A stretch of 48,052 nucleotides of DNA from Cercozoa sp. M6MM. Its lineage: Eukaryota > Protista > Endomyxa: Ascetosporea. Under the pieces are notes generated by a model. The model was given only the letters and a program-made list of their open reading frames with translations, had not been told where the DNA came from and did no database searches. Below are positions 38,752 to 48,052 of this stretch, one piece after another. A program made the translations under genes and the position numbers. The stretch lies in assembly GCA_040357565.1 (NCBI GenBank), contig JBDODJ010000080.1; one strand, written 5' to 3'. Numbering within the stretch: the first letter of the stretch is position 1; each line of letters begins with the position of its first letter.

Positions 38752-41269
38752 GTTTCTGTTCTATATCCATGTGTATGTGCGTGTAGACACCCGACTGCGG
38801 TGAGTTTGAATTCGACGCCGACCGGCCGACCGAGGCGGACCTCTTTGTCACAGGCAGCGACAGTGGCATGGTGATGCTGTGGCGTTTGTTTCCTGGAACT
38901 GCACTGCCGCTCATACGCATGCACGTTGATGTGCATGCCATCACTGCCATGTACTCCCTTCCCTCACTCTCTCTTACTGTACCCCTCCTCCCTGCCTCCT
39001 TTACCCCAGCTGGAGTGGTGCATGTAGTAAGACACTGCGACACGACAAGAAACACTTCATCGCTGTTGGCACGAGCGACGGGGTGGTCTCGGTGTTGTTG
39101 TACAAGCCGGGTTCGCTCGCGGTCTCCTTGCTGCTGCGGCAGCGTGTGGGACATGGCCTGGCCTGCGTCTCCTTGCTTCAGTGGTCGCAGGTCCATTTTC
39201 TCCCCCTCCTCTCTTCCTATATTCTTTGTGTGTGCCTCTTGCTGACTCTTGGGTTATATGACAGATGTCGACTCAGTTTGTCCTTGCGGCGGCCTCGAAC
39301 AACGTCGTCGAGATCCTTCGCGTTCCTGAGCAAGTACTCGAGCCTCTTCTTGCTGTGGTGGGTGGGTGTGTGTGTGTGTGTGTGTCACATGCGTAATGTA
39401 CACACGTAACGCAGCCCAACCGAATTGAGAAACACCTCGTCACGCGTGCCTTACTGTTCGGGGAGAGTCGAGACAAGGACCTCGACTATCTTCGCGCTCG
39501 CTCTCGCTCGCAGCAGCGCATTGACCTCTCTGCGGTGCGTGAACTTTCACTTTGACCAACCAGGGGTAGGGGTGCACACACACACACACACACGAACACA
39601 CACACGCACACACCTGTATGTCTCAGAAAGCACAGTCTCCATTGCACCGATTGAAGGCGCGTTCCATCGTGTCGTCGCTCACGTGGTGCGCCGACTCACT
39701 ACTTATGGTGGCGCGGCAAGACGGCTCGCTCGACGTGCTGGAAAGCACCCACGCGAGTGGCATGACGTGGCGCCTGCGCGACAGTTCGCGTGCCGCGTTG
39801 CTTCGACAGGAACACGGACTGCGACGCCATGCTGCGCATATCGCGCGCTCACTCGGCATGCAAGTCAGTGTCAATGCGTTGCCGGGCTTGCCCTTATCGC
39901 AGATGGAGAACGATAGCGAGGATGACACTCGGACGCAGCTGCAGGCACTGTCTGCGTCGACGGCCTTCTTTGCGCGGCACGCCAGTCGCACACGGCCCTG
40001 CGCACTGACACCTGCCTTGGCGGCACTGCGCACAATGCGCGTGCACGAGGGCAGGACGCCATTCGTACTGGGCATGGCACCCTTCCCGACATTGAGCGAT
40101 GCGCACCTGCTCAACAGCGGTCTGTGTCTGGACAGCTGCATGCCGCTGCGGGCCGCTCCCACGCGCAGCGACGCCAGCGACCACGAGCCGATTGGTCTGT
40201 TCCTGGCACCGACGCCGGCGCGCTCCGTGGACGACCTGGTCGACATGTGTCTGACGACGCACCCGCGAGACCACGGACTGCTGCGACTGCGAATTGGCCA
40301 GTGCAGTCCACGCCTGCTGCTGCGACTGGCGAGACGCGTGTGTCGCCGCATTCGCCGCAGCGACAACAACAGCGACAGCAACAGTGAAAACAACAGCGGG
40401 AGCGGTACGCAGGTGACACGCATCCAGCTGTGTGCCGTGCGGGTACTGCAGGATGAGCTGGAGGCGCAGAGTGCCCTGCGCGATGCCAGTGAGGAGCGAC
40501 AGCAGGCACAGCAGCTCGTTCTTCGTCTACGGAAACATGCAGCTGCTCGATGGAGGGTGCTGCGACTCGCGCAGATGCGGCGCGTGGTGTCTGCACTGTT
40601 GCCGCACCTGTCGCAGGTGTCGGCACTGCAGGTGCGTGTCCTGGTGGCCAATGCCGTCGTTGTTGCTGAGTTGTTTCTGCTGCTGCGTGATGCGCCTCCC
40701 TCTGCCGAGAAAGCCATCGTCGACGACGCCGCTGCTCTGCTCGTCCGGCATCTCCGACTCAAAAGGTTTATCGCCGACGTGTCGCAGTTTCGGCACTCAC
40801 TGCAAATGAAGCTGTCACAGGTACCATGTCGGTATTTACTGGTTGTGACACTGTGACAGATACGTTGTACTGTCTTGCTGGTGTATCAGATACTTTCAAC
40901 CCGTGATATCGATGCTGCGAGCTGTGCTCTGTGCCATGCCGGCGTCTCGCTCGATTTGAAGCGTTCACGAGGCCCATCGCTGCGTGCGGCCAAGTGTATT
41001 GGTGCTAAGGGTACTTGGCTTTCCTGCGATGTGCATTACGACCTATGCTACCGTGTCTTTGCCTCGGATCAACAGAACAACACAAGGTGGATCTCTGCTC
41101 GGCAACGTTGCTTCCGTTGGATGCGACTTTCGCAGGCACTGCCGAGCAATGCACGTGTTGCAGGGCCTGGCAACTTGGCGAGCGCTTCATCGTGTTAGAT
41201 CAGCAGCTGAGAGGCTGTCTGCCCCGTGGATGTTGTGCCGTCTGCCACGCAACTCTTCAAGTTCATTAG
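36380..41269 (+). CDS. GTF3C4: TFIIIC subunit 4 (TFIIIC90/Tfc8-like): WD40 propeller plus C-terminal Cys-rich zinc finger; multi-exon
   Basis: WD-like blades (LTAMDW; LFVTGSDSGMVMLW; IAVGTSDGVVSV; VSSLTW..LLMVARQDGSL) and terminal CALC...AKC...HKVDLCSATLLPL...CTCC...CAVCHA, matching the TFIIIC zinc-finger spacing. Start uncertain (36380 or 36500). Confidence 0.7.
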
Positions 41270-41568
41270 TTAGTTGGGTCTTCTAGGAAACCAACTAAGT
41301 AGTTTCCCTGCACCAGTCCGGGGTGGGTCTTCAAGTTCCTTAAACCCGCGACCTATGGGTAGTTTGATCGACTAAGAAACCGACTATCCGATCGTATATG
41401 CACTACCGTACGTTTCGTTTCCCTGTACCGTACCCGACCAGTCCTGCACTGGGGGTGGGTCATACGTACAAGCGCATACGACCGTACTATCGTAGCCGTC
41501 GTCCACCGCCCGCATTGGGTGGGGCCATCGCATCCAAGTGACATGATTCAACTCCCGTTTGACGTCCT
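41266..41568 (-). mobile_element. Two tandem copies (E1 41266-41330, E2 41418-41568) of the SINE-like family
   Basis: ttagttagtt...gaaaccaactaagtagtttccctgcaccagtccggggtgggtc and tttccctgtacc...ggggtgggtca...aagcgcat...ccaccgcccgc...ggggccatc...aactcccgtttgacg. Confidence 0.7.
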
Positions 41569-42038
41569 GTAGTGCTGCTGGCGTTGGGTGCGGTCACCCT
41601 ACGCTTCCAACGCAAGTTCTCAACCCGCCGGCCCGCCGCTGAACCCACCCGCACCGACCGGACCACTCAGTTTACTGTACCCGCGCCGCGCCTTTGGGTG
41701 CGCCCGCCAGCGAGAGAATTCCGAGTCGCGTCGCGGCGCGGAACACTCGACTGGCTGCCCGAGTCTGACGTGAAGCCTTGCTGGGCGCCGGCGGAAACGA
41801 ATCGAAGGTGGGTACTGTAGGCATCTGATTCAGTGAAATGGACTCTGGCTGTCCGCCGGTTAGTGTGTGACGAAAAGCAACTGCAAGTGACCTGTAAGTT
41901 GTGACAATAATGCAGACTAATATTTCCGAGTGACGGGTCTACTCGCGTGGTGATGTTGGAACATTCGTGGTTTTAACGCGAACTTTGTGACTTTATCCGC
42001 GTTGACGCGTAGCTGCGTTCGCATTTGACTTGCTTGGC

Positions 42039-44182
42039 TCAATAAAGAGAATGGTGCGCCAGCAGCACTGGCAAAAATCCAGTTTTGAGTCCTCGCGGTG
42101 AGGCACCGGCATTCACAGCGCCATTAGCAAATGCACAGGCATCCTTCTGATCACGTGAAACCTCCAACTGAAACTGCTTCGCAAGCACGGAAACTGAAAG
42201 ATAAAGTGCAGTACCTCAGCTAGTGGAGTCAGGGGAGTTGTCGGCACCTCGGATAGCGAGCCGGCATCAGACTCAGCGAGACTAAATTGAAATAACCAAA
42301 AATCTATCCATTTGAGAGGAAAGAAACCGCGTGCATTTGAGAGGGAAGCATAGTGGGGAGTGCATACCTAGGAGCGAACAGCTTGGGTGGTCGAGTGTTT
42401 GTTTTTGGCGAGCGGGGTTGCTTGCGCAAAAGCAGCGGTGGTGCCGATCGACGACCCTGCGTGTCACCGCAGTGAAGTGCCAATGACGGCATGCGAGCCT
42501 TTGGATGCGCGAGCTGAATGTCGTCACTCATGGCAGCTCCGCGCGTCTCGTCGGCGCTCGTGCCAGAACTGCAGGTTTCGATCGCAAGCGATGCCGGCAG
42601 CAACGCTGTGCTGCCGACATGCCGTCTTTGGAAAGAAAACGTCGAACGACATGTTCGGTTCATTTGTCCGAGCTCGTACAGCGGGGTAATTGCACCGGCT
42701 GTGTTGTTGCTCGATGGCGTTGTCGCAGCAGGCGCTGCTCCCTGTGCAAGGTACCAAACGATGCATGGTCGCCCAATAGCAGTTCAGGTAGAAGAAGGTG
42801 AGGTACAGAACAGTTCGGTATGCCCTGATGCTTGGCTTGGCGAATTCGACTTGCGAGCGACGAAGCAACGGAGCAGCCGTGAACGAGGAGCTGCGTCGCC
42901 GTGTTGGGTGACAGTGGCAGCAACTCGGTCGGATGAGCACTGCCATGACTGAACTGTGACGGTATGTGCTCCTGTGCATGCACGCGCTGCTTGAGGCCTT
43001 GCTCGTGCTGTCGCTGCTGCTGCAGTTGCGTGAGTGCACCTGGCGAGAAACCGGGCTGACGACGCGCCTTGTTGCACTCATATGCTGTTGGCAGGGCAGA
43101 CATCGAGCGACGACGCTTGTGCGGTGCACCCAACGAGGAAGCGCATCGGCGACGTAGAGTGACCTTGCGCTCGATGCGTTTGTTCTGCAGCTGTGCGCGA
43201 TGCTTGCTCACATGACGTGCGTGACAGAATGCAGCAAACTCAATGATCTCGAGCTGTGCCTTCTCATCTTGCCTGCAACAACCAACAGAAGACGTAGATT
43301 ATCTGACAATAAGAGCAAGTCAGTTACTGACAGTAAGAGCAAAGTGTACGTCTGAGCGACAGAGTCAAGGTGCCGAACAGCTGTCGGCGACGTCACCAAG
43401 TGCGACGCCATCTCTGCCAACGGGTGCGAGCACCGCACGCTTCCTGTTGAGTGGTGGCGTCGAAGCTCGGCCACGCGAATGCTGTTGTCAGCAGTCAGCC
43501 ACCTACAGAAAAATACGACAGATCAGTCGCGACTTGAATCAAACATGAACAAGACGGGGTACACTGGGCGAACTGGTGCACTGTCGCGCGCTTCTTCGCA
43601 ATCTTCATCGTCGCTCAACTGGGGCTGTTCTAGGACCGTGTCGTCACAAGGTTGAAGCGAGGTGTCTGATTCCTCTCCGTACTGCGAAACCATCGACTCG
43701 TCAACGTTTAGATCGCTTTCGCACTTTAACAGAGACTGCAAAAACTCCAGACTTCGTCTGCACAGCATAGATGGTGGATTTGGGTACCATGAGGATCTGC
43801 GTGAGTCGCATCCAGAAAAACAGCAGCAATGAAGGAATGATTTGCGCAGGCGACGAACACGATCGTTCTCGCTGCAAGTATTCGTGAGAGAGCAAGTCTC
43901 TGTGCAAGTGCAAGGTGATGTCGCTCCAGGATGAAAGTCCGACTTTCTGAGATCGAGAAGACGTCAAATGAGCGTTCGAAAACAAACCCGAGCCCCTCGA
44001 GCACCAAGTAAAGCGCTGCTGGGAAGTTTGCGTCGGATTAGACCACGTTCTGGGTGCACAAAGGAGGATTTAGTGCGTCCGCGCGGTCGAAACCTCAAAA
44101 CGAAAAACGAAATACCAACGAACGATAGTGGTGATTCTCCATTGCAAAAGGTACCAAAAGCTACCACACCGTGGTACCTCAT
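42039..44182 (-). CDS. Hypothetical protein: beta-rich N-terminal domain (possibly REC114/PHS1-type PH fold) and low-complexity remainder; multi-exon, ends approximate
   Basis: Exon chain with GT-AG introns: LYLVLEGLGFVF...FILERHHL...RTIVFVAC...FIAAVF, an acidic linker, then Arg/Gln/Pro-rich exons. Confidence 0.5.
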
Positions 44183-44485
44183 GCATTGCTGGGTCCCAGT
44201 GGGTCGCAATGTTGCTCGCACCAGAAGATAATTAACGATGCTTGGCCAAGCAGCGAGTACACGTACAGTAGTATCGATACAATACAATTCCTTGCCACCT
44301 GGATAAATTGTTCAAACAATCAACACACAAAAGAAAAAAGGGTTGCCGTTAAGAGAGCGTCGAGCGCCTTTTGGGGTGTAACAGGCACTTTAACGGGCTC
44401 AAATATATAGATAGTGCAGTGTGCACTACTTGAACGGGGCTTTGGCTGCGCGTATCGGTGTGCTGTCACTACAGTAACAATAAGA

Positions 44486-47020
44486 ATGCAGACTCGGGAA
44501 AAAAGACTTCGTTCGGTTGGGTGCGGTATTTCTGCGACGCTCAAGGTTTGCATCTCGGACTCCAGAGGTCTGTGCCGCCAGACTGCGCAGGTTCGTTTAA
44601 GGCTCGGCGACCGTGTCGAGCATATGCGAATTGGCGGTGAAAGAAGGGTAAAGACTTCCTTCCACCACTACTGCCTGCCCTCATCTCGTGTATGTTTGCG
44701 GACGTTGGGGGACAGGAGTTGGATTTTGGCGCACTCGACGACGACGAAACGCACCTCGAAATCGCGGTCTTTGACCGAGACGGTGAGTTGTAGCATGTGT
44801 ACTCTAAGATGCGCGAGCAGTAACTCACACGTGCATATTAGTTTTCATATAGTTTTCATATAGTGATGGGCGTGGTCACCTGCCAGGGCGGCGTCGTGAT
44901 TGCAACTGCTTCACTAAAAGTTTGTCTGTGCTACATCTGTGTCTGATCTGGCTAGGTGTACATTTGACGCCGTTGTGTATGCGTAGACTGCTCGGTGCTC
45001 GGAGTGGTTTAAACTGCACCGACTAAAGGAAAGTGACAGCGCGCCTCACGAGTACACCCCCACATAGTCAGTCTCTAAGGACATGTCAGAAAGTTCCCCT
45101 TTGTGTTTGATGGCTCTGCAGGACGGCACAACTGTACTTGCACTTTTGGTGCGACGGTGGACACCAGGCGCGACGACAGCGACTGCGCGCGGCGCTGAGT
45201 CAGTGCACGCAGCACTGTCCGGACTCTTCGCTGCGCTTTGAGCATCGAGACAAGGTGACTCCTGTGTGCCTCCCGACCTGTGTCTGTGTGTACCCTGTAT
45301 ACGTTCGCATGTCTGCACAGTGGGTGACCCTACCGAATGTGGTTCATCGCTCCGAGACGGCAGAGGTGTGTCTGCAGGATTGCGCCTTTGCCGTCAATGG
45401 TAACCTGTGCCAAGGCACCGTGTTCATCACAAGTCTGCGTTTGCTTTTGCTTGCCACGGGGTATCCTTTGTGGCTTTTTTACTTCTTTCTTTTATCTTCA
45501 TGTATCTTTGCTCTCCTTTGTTTTATACAGAAAGACAGCAGTGTCACAGGCAGTTCCACTCTCGTGTATTCTCGCTGTGACGGTACCAGTTGACCTCACC
45601 ACTTGCGTTACCACCCGTGGAATGCCATGTGTTTAGACAACACAAATAGACACCAGAGTACTTCGTCAAACAGCCTACGTCATCGACATGTAAGCAGTAC
45701 ATAACAAGGTGGGTAGTTAGATAGATAGACTGGACACCTTGCATGCAGGAAGTGTTCCGACATGCGGCGTGTGCACCTGTACCTGCCGCAGTCGGAAACC
45801 TCGACTGCGGTACCACAAGTAGTACTGCGTATGTACATTTCTTCATTGTGTCACTTTCTGCAGCTCTTCGCTTCGCTGAAACGCCGACTTCGCTTCAGTG
45901 TCGCCAACAGGCATAGGTGCCACCCCTGTCACTGTGTGCGGTATATTTTAAACTTCGGATGCTGTCATGGATGAACAGGCTGTTGGCTGCCTTCATGTGC
46001 AACGCTGCCGGTGCTGCCGGACCGAGTCCACCTAGGGTAAGTACTGTGTGTGTGGTGGTGGTGGTGTGTGTGCTTATGTGTGTGTTTGTATGTGTGTGTA
46101 TGCGCGAGTGTGTGTGTTCTGATGACACTAGTTTATCTGTTGCAGTCCAGCGAGGTGGACGAAGATTCACAAGGTGCCACTTTGTGTTGAGTGGGGTTTT
46201 CTTTGCAGAAGCGCAAGAGGTAGTATGGTCAATGTAGTCTCCAAACGACCGCTGCTGTGGACAAGACCAAGTCTGAAAAATGAGTTCCAGCGACAAGGCG
46301 CCATTGCTGGCGGCAGAGACAACAACATTCTCGACACGAACTGTCTGTACTGGGACGAAGACGAAGAAGACAACGACAACAACGACCAAGAGGATGAGGA
46401 TGACGACGCCCCTTTCCGATGGACTGACATCAACCGCAACTATGAGCTCTGTCCTTCCTATCCTGAAGGTACTCCGATATGTAGCCTTCCTAAAAACCCA
46501 TCCACCACCCACCTACCTATCCTACCCTACCCGACCTTACCTCCCTAGGACTCGCCGTACCTGCTGGAATCAGCGACGACGAGGTGCGTCAGAGCGCCGA
46601 GTTTCGATCCTCGCGCCGCTTGCCGGTACTCAAACACTTGCAATCTAACAGGGGGAGGGTTACACAGGGGGGCAAAAGTGAAGAGGGATAAAGGTAAGCG
46701 TACGGAAAGTAGGTACTGACGTACTACTGCGCCAAGTCGCAAGCAGCGATCCTGCGCAGCTCGCAGCCAAAGACGGGTCTCTCGTACAGTCGCTGTGCCG
46801 CCGATGAACGAATTCTCTCTTACGGTAGAGTTATTCGGTTGCTGTTCTGTCGTTGTGTCGTGTGACTGTATTGTATGAGTCTATGTGACTGTACTGTACT
46901 GTACTATGTGTGTGTCTGTGTGTATGTATGTGTGTGTGTGTAGTGCGACAAGGCAGTGCAAAAAGTGACATGTTCTACATTCTGGACGCTCGTTCTTCCC
47001 TTGCTGCCAGTGGAAATCAG
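44486..47020 (+). CDS. Myotubularin-family phosphoinositide phosphatase, 3'-truncated before the catalytic motif; multi-exon, start approximate
   Basis: PH-GRAM GTVFITSLRLL; FRWTDINRNYELCPSYPE|GLAVPAGISDDEVRQSAEFRSSRRLP|VLTYY...ILRSSQPKTG...RCAADE; FYILDARSSLAASGNQ, then a donor into (CA)n. Confidence 0.9.
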
Positions 47021-47133
<113 letters not shown>

Positions 47134-47141
47134 AACCGTAC

Positions 47142-48052
47142 CTCGGACGACACTGTCTGCTTCCCAGCGCACCTTCGCACCACTTGAATCTACGGTAAAG
47201 ATGTGAAATGCAAAAGGCATAAAGACGAGAAAGGGAACAACCGTCCCATCGATGTCAGACGAAGCACCGCTCTGGAGTTCACTCACGATGACGCAAGTGT
47301 CGCCCAGAGAGGTGCACAACGCAGCTTGTGCCTCGCGCGGTACATTGTCGCACACCCGCAGTCTCAACACCAGGTGACACTCTGCACGAAAGGAAAACAA
47401 AGGTACACAGTACTGCAGCACACATGGTACCATGTGCTTTAGCCAGTGACTTCCAATACGCGACGACGTCGACGAAAGCGTCAGTCTGGTCGTCACCGTC
47501 GTTGCTGCAGCACAGATCGGTGACATCGTCGACAACGATGAGATCACTCGTCGTCACGGCACTCTCGATCACTTTGGTTATCACCTCCGCACCATCGAAT
47601 CCGTCCCAAGCATCCAGATCGTTGCTGTCACTGGCGATGTCAACGACACCGACGCCGCGCGGACACCGACGACGCAGCACGCGCCGCCAGTGTCTAGTCA
47701 AAGCACTAGCTGTAGATTCAGGCAAATGCTGCTGTTCGTAGTGCGATTTGGTACACAGCAGGTTCACGCGCAGAAATCCACGTAACTTTACTCGTATTTT
47801 CTTCATGCTGGTCACTTTCTCGCGCAGGTGCGTTCCGCGCAGACGCTACTAAGGCAGCCAGGTGCACCAACACGAAGCTGCCATCGGACCGCGCACCCTG
47901 TGTAAGACATAGAGTGCACAAATAAAGTTTGACAAAATACAGGTACAACCCACATTCTGCAAAACCACGGTCAGTCCTGGACGCGGCAGCTTACGCGAGC
48001 GCAGGCCGAGTGCCTACACAATAGCACGGCATCTTGCAAAAAAAAAAAAAAA
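47142..48052 (-). CDS. ELP6: Elongator complex subunit 6; partial at both ends
   Basis: LPRPGLTVVLQN|GARSDGSFVLVHL; LLCTKSHY; LIVVDDVTDL; VSELQSGASSDIDG: Elp6 motifs (DGSF..H, HY, L.SG.a.DV.G). Confidence 0.75.

Noticed and set aside
39623-40762. 379-aa antisense ORF, and similar ones such as 21080-21850
   Set aside because: Shadow of long GC-rich exons on the opposite strand, with no recognisable motifs.

Overview
Gene-dense eukaryotic (protist-like) scaffold with many short GT-AG introns (typically about 55-75 nt), no sign of a non-standard genetic code, and long (GT/CA)n microsatellites inside introns; 11 ten-N gaps sit in such arrays. Manual splicing supports about 17 protein-coding genes, mostly in head-to-head pairs: calpain C-terminus, a large orphan, a divergent actin-like protein, RSL1D1, a Nab2/ZC3H14-like protein, mitochondrial bL27, mitoferrin, a tandem-BRCT protein, an inositol polyphosphate 5-phosphatase, two probable mitochondrial proteins, an orphan, a P2X receptor, TFIIIC90/GTF3C4, a possible REC114-like protein, a myotubularin and ELP6. 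The last two are both cut at one (CA)n array, probably a misjoin. Tail-to-tail intergenic regions hold most of the mobile DNA: a recurrent ~110-bp (AACT)n-tailed SINE-like element, a MITE, one of two solo LTRs with 4-bp TSDs (nested in the MITE end) and a probable hAT remnant. Two U12-type intron candidates were seen. All assignments are motif recognition by eye, without database searches; multi-exon CDS coordinates are outer bounds. I found no clearly new biological system; the best leads are the SINE-like family, the P2X channel and the minor-intron candidates.
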